Of a stretch of DNA of 62,365 nt, positions 1 to 8,096 are shown piece by piece. The DNA comes from a virus (taxonomy: Duplodnaviria > Caudoviricetes). The stretch is taken from IMG/VR virus record IMGVR_UViG_3300008624_000009, positions 1 to 62,365 of that record, one strand, 5' to 3'. Position 1 is the first letter of the stretch; every line of letters starts with the position of its first letter. The position numbers and the translations under genes were made by a program. A model generated the notes under the pieces. The model did not search any database. It saw only the letters and a list, made by a program, of their open reading frames with translations, and was not told the origin of the DNA.

Positions 1-185
1 TTCATTTCAATTTCAAGTTTATTCAATTCATCAAAATCCATATTGTCAATCATTTCCAAGAGCCATTCCATTTTCCATGTAACGCCCTCATTGTCATACC
101 AAGTTCCTATATTATGTTTTCTACGTTCCTTGCGAAAATCATTTACTTCCATATAAGCAGTTGCATATCCTTTTTGAGTTAGCAT
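1..185 (-). CDS. Hypothetical early protein, runs off the window edge (MLTQKGYATAYMEVNDFRKERRK...)
   Basis: Manually translated open frame from ATG at 185. The start overlaps the TAA of the 179..430 ORF (ATGCTAA), and there is no stop before position 1. Confidence 0.7.
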   Translation of the reverse strand, partial: MLTQKGYATAYMEVNDFRKERRKHNIGTWYDNEGVTWKMEWLLEMIDNMDFDELNKLEIEM

Positions 186-430
186 CGAGCAGCCTCCGCA
201 TCTAAATAGTTTTCAAGTTCCTCAACAGTATGGACATTATATTCAGCCCAATGTTTCGGATCATTACAAAGTTTACAGATAACCATATCGGGGTTATCTT
301 TCATAACTTGGTCAGCGACCTTATTAAGATCATTTATATAGTTTGTAAGTTCTTTTTCTTTTACAATTTTCCCCATTTCAGCATACCATTCTAAATTAGA
401 TTCTTCCATATAATTTCCATATCCAGACAT
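179..430 (-). CDS. Hypothetical early protein, 83 aa
   Basis: ORF track; GGAG-type RBS upstream; part of a tightly packed minus-strand cluster. Confidence 0.75.
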   Translation of the reverse strand: MSGYGNYMEESNLEWYAEMGKIVKEKELTNYINDLNKVADQVMKDNPDMVICKLCNDPKHWAEYNVHTVEELENYLDAEAARC

Positions 431-441
431 AATATTATCTC

Positions 442-666
442 CTAATTCATAATTTCGTTAAGTTGTTCTTGCGTTACCAATTCATAATCTAAACCAGCTA
501 ACCATTTATTGATATGTTTTGTAGTGGTATTAGAGTATTTAGTTTTAGTAACATAAACATTATTCATAGTTCTAGCAGCAACTAAGGTTTCATAAGAAAA
601 GAATAATTGCACACCTTCTTTAGTTGTAATTTCAGTTTGATTATTTCCAATTACTTTTAATCTCAT
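442..666 (-). CDS. Hypothetical early protein, 74 aa
   Basis: ORF track; GAGG RBS; the FSYET...TTTKHINKWL motif resembles small phage early proteins (recalled, not searched). Confidence 0.8.
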   Translation of the reverse strand: MRLKVIGNNQTEITTKEGVQLFFSYETLVAARTMNNVYVTKTKYSNTTTKHINKWLAGLDYELVTQEQLNEIMN

Positions 667-668
667 TA

Positions 669-932
669 TTAGTCCTCTAATTGTTCATTATGTGATGCAG
701 CATCAAACAATTCACGAGCTGCTTTTTCAGTTTTACAATTCCATGTTTCAAAAGGATTAGAGTGTTGACAAACAGCCCACTCTGCTAAAACCCATTGTTT
801 GTATAACCAGAATTTTGTTCCAGAAGGTCTAACACAATACATGGTTGCGTTGTCAATAATATTTCTATAATACATTCGATTAACAGTTATAACTACATTT
901 TTTAAACTTTTTTCTGTTTTTGTATCGTGCAT
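669..932 (-). CDS. Hypothetical early protein, 87 aa
   Basis: ORF track; AGGAG RBS upstream. Confidence 0.75.
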   Translation of the reverse strand: MHDTKTEKSLKNVVITVNRMYYRNIIDNATMYCVRPSGTKFWLYKQWVLAEWAVCQHSNPFETWNCKTEKAARELFDAASHNEQLED

Positions 933-936
933 ATTT

Positions 937-1023
937 TTAAACTCCTAAACTTAATCCTAAAATAATACAAATTCCTAAAACTATAAACAATAAAAGGGAT
1001 TCAACAATTTCTCGTAAATTCAA
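937..1023 (-). CDS. Small membrane peptide, 28 aa (MNLREIVESLLLFIVLGICIILGLSLGV)
   Basis: Manually found. TTG start with AGGAG RBS (plus-strand ctcct 1032-1036), one hydrophobic helix, and it fills the gap between its neighbours. Confidence 0.55.
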   Translation of the reverse strand: MNLREIVESLLLFIVLGICIILGLSLGV

Positions 1024-1043
1024 TTTTTTAACTCCTTTATTCA

Positions 1044-1208
1044 TTATCGTTTTTTTCCAGAACGCCAAACTCTTTTCATGGGTACTGGTTTAATTTTTTT
1101 CATTTCGTATCGGGTAATAGTCGCGCCATTATAACAGTCGCCATTTTCATCATACTCGGTATATTCTTCTTCCGCTTTATATTTAGATTTTCTCAAAGAT
1201 TTTTTCAT
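1044..1208 (-). CDS. Hypothetical basic early protein, ~54 aa
   Basis: ORF track 1044..1280; start moved to ATG 1208 (MKKSLRK), which follows AAGGAG and avoids overlap. Confidence 0.65.
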   Translation of the reverse strand: MKKSLRKSKYKAEEEYTEYDENGDCYNGATITRYEMKKIKPVPMKRVWRSGKKR

Positions 1209-1218
1209 TATCTGCTCC

Positions 1219-1530
1219 TTACGCATAAAATGGTAAATCATTAATATTAACTTCTTTAATGCCGGTGAAGTTACCAACAATCATACGCTCGTTATCATTC
1301 ACGGGCGTTACAAAAATCATTTCCATTTGGAATGGTGCAAATGTTGCATGACAGGGTGACCAATAATGTTTAGGGCCACCATTAATAATGTTATATAAAC
1401 CTTGCAACATTTTTTTACGTTTTGCGCCATATCGTTCATAAATGACATTTGCAATAAACGCCTCAGGTGAATTTCCATTTTGTAGGAAAGTTCCGTATAG
1501 ATTTTTAAGATTCATTTTATAAACACTCAT
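1219..1530 (-). CDS. Hypothetical early protein, 103 aa
   Basis: ORF track; AAGGAG RBS; first gene after the promoter at 1560-1588. Confidence 0.8.
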   Translation of the reverse strand: MSVYKMNLKNLYGTFLQNGNSPEAFIANVIYERYGAKRKKMLQGLYNIINGGPKHYWSPCHATFAPFQMEMIFVTPVNDNERMIVGNFTGIKEVNINDLPFYA

Positions 1531-1559
1531 TTTTTATAATCTCCTTAATTGTTAAGTAT

Positions 1560-1588
1560 ATTATCCCATATTTTAGGGTAAATGTCAA
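1560..1588 (-). promoter_or_regulatory. Sigma70-type early promoter
   Basis: Minus strand TTGACA-17 bp-GATAAT with TG extended -10. Confidence 0.8.
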
Positions 1589-1594
1589 GGCCCC

Positions 1595-1750
1595 CTACCG
1601 CGATTTTTTCAAAATATCCGCGATTCTTTGTAACTCCTTTGTTTCCAATGGCTTACCAGAGGCCCAATCCCTATCTTCAGCGGTAATTATTACCCATCCC
1701 CGCTTCTGCGACTTAACTTTTCTGAATAATTTTGAAATATCTATTTTCAT
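1595..1750 (-). CDS. Hypothetical early protein, 51 aa (MKIDISKLFRKVKSQKRGW...)
   Basis: Manually translated; AGGAG RBS (plus ctcct 1761-1765) directly downstream of the promoter at 1779-1807. Confidence 0.6.
   Translation of the reverse strand: MKIDISKLFRKVKSQKRGWVIITAEDRDWASGKPLETKELQRIADILKKSR
1630..1656. promoter_or_regulatory. 27-bp imperfect palindrome upstream of early promoter 1 (IHF-like or operator)
   Basis: GTAACTCCTTTGTTTCCAATGGCTTAC; a related copy lies at 1826-1852. Confidence 0.5.
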
Positions 1751-1778
1751 TTTTTAAATTCTCCTATTTGTTACCCCT

Positions 1779-1807
1779 ATTATAGGCTATTTTGAGGTAA
1801 ATGTCAA
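1779..1807 (-). promoter_or_regulatory. Sigma70-type early promoter (consensus)
   Basis: Minus strand TTGACA-17 bp-TATAAT; spacer similar to the 1560-1588 promoter (CCTTGACATTTACC shared). Confidence 0.85.
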
Positions 1808-1825
1808 GGCTTTTTTACTATGTCG

Positions 1826-1852
1826 GTAACTCCTTGTTTTATAAAGAGTTAT
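1826..1852. promoter_or_regulatory. 27-bp imperfect palindrome upstream of early promoter 2 (IHF-like or operator)
   Basis: GTAACTCCTTGTTTTATAAAGAGTTAT (TAACTC...GAGTTA arms). Confidence 0.5.
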
Positions 1853-1889
1853 TGGCATATCTTTATTTAAGATAACGTGTTAAAAGTCT

Positions 1890-1897
1890 TATAAATA
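1890..1897 (+). promoter_or_regulatory. T4-type late promoter
   Basis: TATAAATA 35 bp before the first plus-strand gene. Confidence 0.8.
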
Positions 1898-1931
1898 TAG
1901 AAAAATATCAATATATAGGGGTTATTAAACT

Positions 1932-2210
1932 ATGAAAACATTTAAATCATTACTTTCAGAAAAAAATGAAAGTGTTATTGAAGAAGCATTAAATATATCT
2001 AAATTGAAAAGATTGAATTTAGTTGATAATGAGAAATTTTCTAAATTTGTTGTGATTATGAGAAAGATGGATGCAGATAAGCCAGTTACTATTAAAGAAA
2101 AAGATATTATTATGGATGTGTTTGATGAATTAATTAATGTTGTAGTTAATGATCAGACACTATTGAATAAAATAAGCAAAAGAAAAACAGGGGATAGTGA
2201 GGGTAAATAA
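1932..2210 (+). CDS. Hypothetical protein with capsid-targeting-like N-terminus
   Basis: MKTFKSLLSE resembles the T4 internal-protein CTS (MKTYQEFIAE). Confidence 0.75.
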   Translation: MKTFKSLLSEKNESVIEEALNISKLKRLNLVDNEKFSKFVVIMRKMDADKPVTIKEKDIIMDVFDELINVVVNDQTLLNKISKRKTGDSEGK

Positions 2211-2731
2211 TGAAATCATTTAAAGAGTTTTTAGAAGAAGAAAAGAAAAAATCATATCAAGTCTATTGTGATATGGATGGAGTTCTTGTAGATTTTATTG
2301 GTGGAATTAAAAGTGAATTAAATCTAAAAAGAGAACCAAATCAAAAAGAAATAGATACTTTTCTTTCTACGTTATATGGCAGTAGTAAAGAATTTTGGAG
2401 TGAATTGGAATGGATGCCAGATGGTAAAAAGCTTTGGGATACATTAAGAGATTTAAATACAGAGATTCTATCTGCTTGTCCAAATAATTGTAAGCTGCAA
2501 CCTAGTGTTATTCGTGGAAAAAAAATGTGGTGTAAAGATAATCTTAAAATATCAACAGGAATTAACATAACTACATCCAGAGGTAAATTAAAATTTGTAG
2601 GTGATAAAACTATTCTTATTGACGACTATATTAAAAATGTAAATGCATGGAAAGCGAAAGGTGGAATTGGTATTCATCATAGAACTGCGAGAGCAACTCT
2701 ATCTGAATTGAAAAAAATCTTACTTGGATAA
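2210..2731 (+). CDS. HAD-superfamily 5'(3')-deoxyribonucleotidase-like phosphatase
   Basis: Motif I YCDMDGVLVDF, motif II ILSA, motif IV LIDD; N-terminus MKSFKEFLEE. Confidence 0.85.
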   Translation: MKSFKEFLEEEKKKSYQVYCDMDGVLVDFIGGIKSELNLKREPNQKEIDTFLSTLYGSSKEFWSELEWMPDGKKLWDTLRDLNTEILSACPNNCKLQPSVIRGKKMWCKDNLKISTGINITTSRGKLKFVGDKTILIDDYIKNVNAWKAKGGIGIHHRTARATLSELKKILLG

Positions 2732-2737
2732 ATACCA

Positions 2738-3004
2738 ATGCCAAAGTTCAAAGAAAAGTTTAACGCAGATACCGAGGCGCTTAGTTTATCATGGAAGGAT
2801 GAGTTAATTGTTATTGTCTTATTACTTCCAATTCCTATAAATTTTTTGAGTACTTTTTTCACAGACGAAACAATGAGGGATGCTTGGGCTAACTTAGAAT
2901 TGATGCCAGAGTGGTATCAACATTTATTATACATTGTAACATTGGTAGTATTTGGTTTGAAGGCGTTGGTCTTTAGAATCGCGGAGAAATTATTTAAAAC
3001 ATGA
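2738..3004 (+). CDS. Membrane protein, putative holin (3TM/GTA-holin-like)
   Basis: Two hydrophobic helices with an SWKDE...PEWY...FG pattern recalled from that family; an endolysin lies 2 kb downstream. Confidence 0.5.
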   Translation: MPKFKEKFNADTEALSLSWKDELIVIVLLLPIPINFLSTFFTDETMRDAWANLELMPEWYQHLLYIVTLVVFGLKALVFRIAEKLFKT

Positions 3005-4467
3005 AAACCTTTATAGAATCAATAATAGATAAAAATAAAACAGACAATGATGGTTATACAGAATTAGAAGAAGAACAAGAAAATATAAACATAATTCTAT
3101 TAACTGGCTCTAAATCAGAAGATGATGAATTAGTAGTAGGGCAGATGATTAAAACTGCTGAAAAGATGGGACAAAAAGCTAATAAGGTTGTCGTAGGACA
3201 CGCATGGGTTTCTGATTTTGATTTAGAAGCAAAGACTATGACTATTATGAATTATGAAGATACTGGAAAATCTCTTGTTATAAAAGATACAAGTAAGACG
3301 GTTGTTATAGTTAGGGCTGGTGCTTTTACAGGAGAGAATAGTGAAATAGGTCGTGCTATAATTCAAGCATTTCAAGAATCAGGCTGTACTATGTTGAATG
3401 ATTTGAAAGCTTCTGTATTATGTGATAATAAATTTTTATCTTACATAGCATTTTCTAGGAATAATATTCCTATTCCAAGAACAGCATTGATTCCTACGGA
3501 ACAAGCAATCGAAAATGCACACGAAAGAATTGGCGGAAAGTTTCCAGTAGTTATAAAAACTCTATCAGGTACACAGGGTATTGGTGTTTCGATTGTTGAC
3601 AGTATGCAATCATTAGTATCTGTTATACAGTCTCTTAAAAAGTATAATGCAGACCTCTTAATTCAAGAACATATTAAACTCAAATATGATGTTAGAACAC
3701 TTGTACTAGGTGGAAGAATAATAGCATCAACCAAGAGAAATAAAGTTCCTGATGATTTCCGTTCTAATGCTCATTTAGGAGCAACAACGGAACCATATAT
3801 ATTATCAGATAAAGAACAAGTTATTGTAAAAGCTGCTGCAAGAGTTATGGGCGGTTCTTTAGTTGGTGTTGACCATTGTATTGTTGAGAATGAAATTTTT
3901 GTTTTAGAATGTAATGCTTCTCCTGGCATCGCATCTAATTATCATAATTACGATATTACAACAGTACCACAAAGAAATATGGATGAGGTCGGTACAACAA
4001 ATGATATTTATAAAACAATAATAAATTATTTAAAATATCCTTCTAATAGAAAATTAACATCATTCCGAGAATGTGGTTTCTTGGAACAATTATCTATTAA
4101 AGGATGTGGTAAAGTAATTGGAAAGTTTGATACTGGTAATGGTACTAAAGCTTCTATGTTAAAAGTTGACAAGATAGAAGTTGATGGGAATAAAGTGAAG
4201 TGGGAATTACATGAAAAAAAATATATACATAAGTTAGAAGGATGGAGTAAACCAATAACATCTGATTCTAATAGGACACCCAGGCGTCCTATTATTTTAG
4301 TTGATATAATTTTTAATAATAAAACATACTTGAATATTCCAATAGCACTTGACTTGGAATCAACTAGTAGCTTTTTAGTTAATAGAAAATTAATGGAAAC
4401 ATTTAAGGTAGCAGTTAATCCATCTCAGAAATTTCTATTATCTGAATGGATGGAAACAAAATATTAA
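3001..4467 (+). CDS. rimK: RimK-family ATP-grasp amino-acid ligase fused to a C-terminal RimB-like (retropepsin-fold) protease
   Basis: FPVVIKTLSGTQGIGV, LIQEHI, DVRTLV, DFRSNAHLG, VGVD, LECNASPG. The C-terminal ~135 aa carry KFDTGN, RRPII and FLVNR. Confidence 0.88.
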   Translation: MKTFIESIIDKNKTDNDGYTELEEEQENINIILLTGSKSEDDELVVGQMIKTAEKMGQKANKVVVGHAWVSDFDLEAKTMTIMNYEDTGKSLVIKDTSKTVVIVRAGAFTGENSEIGRAIIQAFQESGCTMLNDLKASVLCDNKFLSYIAFSRNNIPIPRTALIPTEQAIENAHERIGGKFPVVIKTLSGTQGIGVSIVDSMQSLVSVIQSLKKYNADLLIQEHIKLKYDVRTLVLGGRIIASTKRNKVPDDFRSNAHLGATTEPYILSDKEQVIVKAAARVMGGSLVGVDHCIVENEIFVLECNASPGIASNYHNYDITTVPQRNMDEVGTTNDIYKTIINYLKYPSNRKLTSFRECGFLEQLSIKGCGKVIGKFDTGNGTKASMLKVDKIEVDGNKVKWELHEKKYIHKLEGWSKPITSDSNRTPRRPIILVDIIFNNKTYLNIPIALDLESTSSFLVNRKLMETFKVAVNPSQKFLLSEWMETKY

Positions 4468-4478
4468 AAGGACAAATT

Positions 4479-4952
4479 ATGAAAACTTACAAATTATTTA
4501 CTGAGGGAATTAAAAAATGGCGTGATGTGAAAAATCCTCATGCTAAAAGAGAAGCAGGAAAAATGTTGAAAGCACTTGACACAAAAGAAGTTTTAGCATA
4601 TAGTGTCCAGCATGGTGAGTTCTCAAAATTTAAAGATGAAGAAGAATATAAGAAAGCCTTAAAGGGTAGTAAGGGTCGAGCTATGAAATGGGTAAAGGTT
4701 GAAGGACAATCTATTAGTGGACAGGAATTAGAAGAAGCTTTTAATTTCAAACACGCAGTTAAACATGGTTTCTTACATAAGACAGATGAAAAGTATGTTA
4801 AGGATTTAAAAAAGAAAGGCTGGGATATACATGAATTTGTTATGACCAGTAAAGGATTTGAAATTGTTATTAAAAAAGGTTCTAAAAAAATGGAATATTC
4901 TGATAAGCTTCCTGAGAAAGCTCTTATGCAGGCAGCAAAGAAAGCGAGGTAA
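4479..4952 (+). CDS. Basic hypothetical protein with capsid-targeting-like N-terminus
   Basis: ORF track 4446..4952; start moved to ATG 4479 (MKTYKLFTE) after AAGGA. Confidence 0.75.
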   Translation: MKTYKLFTEGIKKWRDVKNPHAKREAGKMLKALDTKEVLAYSVQHGEFSKFKDEEEYKKALKGSKGRAMKWVKVEGQSISGQELEEAFNFKHAVKHGFLHKTDEKYVKDLKKKGWDIHEFVMTSKGFEIVIKKGSKKMEYSDKLPEKALMQAAKKAR

Positions 4953-4995
4953 TATGCCGAACGCTTTTCTATACAACATGGAAGGAGAAAAAACA

Positions 4996-5361
4996 ATGTT
5001 GCAAAAGGGAAGATTAACTGAGCATTTTACTAAAAAAGAATTTGATTGTAAGTGTGGTTGTGATACTGGACCAATTAATATGGTATTAGTAGAAAGGTTA
5101 GAACAAGCAAGACGCGATTATGGTAGACCTATGAGAATTAATAGTGGTATCAGATGTTTGGAACATAATAGAAAGATTGGCAGCACAGATACATCATCCC
5201 ATATCAAATGTTTAGCTGCAGATATAAGTTGTATTGGTATGGGTGATAGACACAAGATGCTTAGTATATTTCTTAAATATTTTAAACGAGTTGGCGTACA
5301 CAAAGAGTTTATTCATGTTGACGTTGATTCAGAAAAACCAAACGGAGTATTTGTCTATTAG
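4996..5361 (+). CDS. Peptidase M15A family Zn peptidase, probable endolysin
   Basis: HF..KEFDCKCGC, INSGIRC..HN, SSH...AADI, FIHVD. Start at 4996 follows GAAGGAG; 4954 is an alternative. Confidence 0.88.
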   Translation: MLQKGRLTEHFTKKEFDCKCGCDTGPINMVLVERLEQARRDYGRPMRINSGIRCLEHNRKIGSTDTSSHIKCLAADISCIGMGDRHKMLSIFLKYFKRVGVHKEFIHVDVDSEKPNGVFVY

Positions 5362-5386
5362 GAATAGGAGGCTTAATTGAAATCTA

Positions 5387-5863
5387 ATGGCTATCTTGAA
5401 GGATGCAATCGCAACTTTTAAAAAGTTCGATAATTACAAAGAACCAACGTCTATTAATTGGTTTGTATGGTTAATTGAAAATCCGAAATCACCAATAAGT
5501 TTAGCAGGAGCAGTTGACCTATACAATCACGATATTATCCATATCATTCTCAATCGGGGTATGGATGTTAAAGATGAGGCGATGGTAATAGGATTCACTA
5601 TGGGCAATAGTGAATCTTCTAGTGGTTTGTCCAAATGGCTATTTTTATTGTGTGCAAGATTATTATATCCAGATGGATATAGATTTAGTGCAGAAGAAGT
5701 TAAAGAATATAATAAGGGGTACTCTTATGGTATGACTCGACGCAAGAGGAATATCCATTTAGAAAAATTTAATGTTAGTGAAGATGTAGCAGATATACGG
5801 AGACGCTTTGGTGTCAATACTATTGACATAAAAGATTATCCTAACTTATCAACATTTGGATAA
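5387..5863 (+). CDS. Coq4-like metal-binding protein
   Basis: HDIIH-x11-E matches the Coq4 HDxxH(x)11E motif exactly. Confidence 0.55.
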   Translation: MAILKDAIATFKKFDNYKEPTSINWFVWLIENPKSPISLAGAVDLYNHDIIHIILNRGMDVKDEAMVIGFTMGNSESSSGLSKWLFLLCARLLYPDGYRFSAEEVKEYNKGYSYGMTRRKRNIHLEKFNVSEDVADIRRRFGVNTIDIKDYPNLSTFG

Positions 5864-5879
5864 AAATTTAGATTAGAGT

Positions 5880-5887
5880 TATAAATA
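5880..5887 (+). promoter_or_regulatory. T4-type late promoter
   Basis: Intergenic TATAAATA. Confidence 0.75.
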
Positions 5888-5901
5888 AAGGGTAAGAAGA
5901 T

Positions 5902-7458
5902 ATGTCAGAAACAACTAAATTTGAAAGTTGTCAAGCATTATTTTGTGCATATGTTGATTATGTAGGTAAAACTAAATCTATAAAAAAATTGTTCGGTAAA
6001 GCTACATCCAAAGGACAATGGCAGGAAAGAAATCTTTTATATGAATCTTATGATGATTTTATTAAAGATAAAGAAAATAAAATTGCAATAGCACAATCAT
6101 TTAAACGTGTAGATACACCTGGCATGAATCTTGCTTCTATGGAAACTTTTTTAAAGAAGAATCCTAAATGGTTTTATTCTTCATGCATAATTGCTGTTAA
6201 AATTATATCTTCTTTAAGTGGAATGTCTACCCCGAATGTCAGCTTAACAAAGTTTGCTAGAAGATTAAATGGGCCAGGAATAAAAATGGATTATGTTCGT
6301 GGTGATCAACAGGTAATGGTAATAATAGGAAAACTATTTTCTATTGTAAAAAAAAATACAGAATCAAAGAGTAAAATACTTAAAGGTATGTCTGCTGTAC
6401 CATTCGGTGATGTAAATAAATGGAATCCTGCTGATATTTATTATGCTACTGATAAAGCAAGTTTATCTTTAAAGGGAGCATTAAAAAAAGCTGAAAAAGA
6501 TAAATCATATGGTTTTCCACAATTAAATGATCTAATAGAAGGACTTATGGTATCAGCAGATTTATTACCTCTGTCATTGAAAAAACAAACAAATCCTGCA
6601 AACGCTAAAATTGAATTAGTAAATTTTAATAAAGCAGTTAAAAAAGATAGAATTAGTCAAGTTCAATATCATTCAATAAAATATGAAAAATATACACCGT
6701 CAACCAGAGGGTCTAAAGGTGATGATAAAGAATTACCTTCAGGAGACACAATAGCAAGAGATATATATATTAACATTTGCAATAAAGCCAAACAAAAAAT
6801 AGGACATATTCAAATGAGACACGATCCATCTGGTACTGGTTCTTGGAAAGTTGATTTAAAATATACTGCATCAGAAGCAAGAGGTGGGTCAGTTGTTTCT
6901 TATAAGATCTTTGCTGATATATGGCATTTATCTGATCCTCAATCAGCAGCGAAATTCCGTACAGCATATGAAAAGGGATGTGGTGAATTTCTTGCGAATG
7001 TTTATTCAACAGGTAAAAGAAGTGCAACAGCAAAAAATCCGCCAAAGGAAGATCCAGATGCTAAAATACCAGTAAAAAAGCCAACAAAAAATAAAAAATT
7101 AAACGGTGATTTGACTTATTTTGGTGTTGGTGGTCTTGCACATCATATACCAACAAAAAATAAAAAAGATAATAACGATATTAGGAAAGCAAAAGAATTT
7201 AGTAATCAAAAACGACTTTGGAAAATACCATACCGCGGGGGTATGGGATATAATGATAAGAAAGGTAGATACAAATCATCTGCTTATGATTTTCAAAAAG
7301 GGGAGATTAGTGCTATAACAATAATGAATAGGGTTGGCCCTCTGATAGATAATTGGTTTAAGAATAATACAAAGTTAAGGGATGGCTTTATTCAAAACTT
7401 ATATCAATATGTAAGTTCAAGACATCCTGATTCCAGTAAATTCGTAATTGCAAAATAA
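5902..7458 (+). CDS. Hypothetical 518-aa basic protein, possible PD-(D/E)xK nuclease
   Basis: KWNPADIY...PLSLKK motif; lysine-rich. The CDS is secure but the function is tentative. Confidence 0.5.
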   Translation: MSETTKFESCQALFCAYVDYVGKTKSIKKLFGKATSKGQWQERNLLYESYDDFIKDKENKIAIAQSFKRVDTPGMNLASMETFLKKNPKWFYSSCIIAVKIISSLSGMSTPNVSLTKFARRLNGPGIKMDYVRGDQQVMVIIGKLFSIVKKNTESKSKILKGMSAVPFGDVNKWNPADIYYATDKASLSLKGALKKAEKDKSYGFPQLNDLIEGLMVSADLLPLSLKKQTNPANAKIELVNFNKAVKKDRISQVQYHSIKYEKYTPSTRGSKGDDKELPSGDTIARDIYINICNKAKQKIGHIQMRHDPSGTGSWKVDLKYTASEARGGSVVSYKIFADIWHLSDPQSAAKFRTAYEKGCGEFLANVYSTGKRSATAKNPPKEDPDAKIPVKKPTKNKKLNGDLTYFGVGGLAHHIPTKNKKDNNDIRKAKEFSNQKRLWKIPYRGGMGYNDKKGRYKSSAYDFQKGEISAITIMNRVGPLIDNWFKNNTKLRDGFIQNLYQYVSSRHPDSSKFVIAK

Positions 7459-7470
7459 AGGAGATACATA

Positions 7471-7611
7471 ATGGCTAAAGCAAAAGATCATATTCAAAGA
7501 GAACGTATTAAGAAGGTTACTTCTATTGGTGCTCATCCAACAAGAAGTACACCGAAAAATAAGCATAAGAGAAGGTGTTGGAAACGATATAGAGGACAAG
7601 GTCGAAAGTAA
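7471..7611 (+). CDS. Small basic protein, 46 aa, ending KRYRGQGRK
   Basis: Manually translated; AAGGAG RBS; YRGQG-ending peptides are recalled next to gp25 in marine T4-like phages. Confidence 0.7.
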   Translation: MAKAKDHIQRERIKKVTSIGAHPTRSTPKNKHKRRCWKRYRGQGRK

Positions 7612-7679
7612 ACTTGAACCGCACCACATATCAATAATACCATAAAAAAATTACCAACGCAAGGAAAAAGGCGAAAAAA

Positions 7680-8096
7680 ATGCCAACTATTTTTACAAAA
7701 GGTTTAAGTACAAACAGTCGTCGCTGGAGTGATTTGGATTTAGATTTTAATGCTCATCCAGTTACGAAAGATATTTCTACTAAAACTGATGTTGAAGCAG
7801 TAAAGAGATCAATCAGAAATTTGATTCTTACTAATAAGTATGAGAGGCCATTTCAGCCACAAATAGACGGCGGTGTTACAAGACACCTATTTGAATTAGC
7901 TACACCCTTAACATATTCTGATATAGAGAGTACCATAAAGAATACAGTTTCTAATTTTGAACCAAGAGCAGAAGTCATTAGTGTAGATGTTAGTGGAGAT
8001 TTGGATAAAAACGGTTTTAATGTAATTATTAATTTTAAAGTTTTAAATACAGCAGATCCTGTAACAATAGAATTATTTTTAGAAAGGCTTAGATAA
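7680..8096 (+). CDS. gp25: Baseplate wedge protein gp25
   Basis: AVKRSIRNLILTNKYERPF, FEPR; lies directly before gp6. Confidence 0.93.
   Translation: MPTIFTKGLSTNSRRWSDLDLDFNAHPVTKDISTKTDVEAVKRSIRNLILTNKYERPFQPQIDGGVTRHLFELATPLTYSDIESTIKNTVSNFEPRAEVISVDVSGDLDKNGFNVIINFKVLNTADPVTIELFLERLR

Noticed and set aside
7417-7629. Minus-strand 70-aa ORF
   Set aside because: The plus-strand 46-aa ORF 7471..7611 has an RBS, a recognisable motif and the operon orientation.
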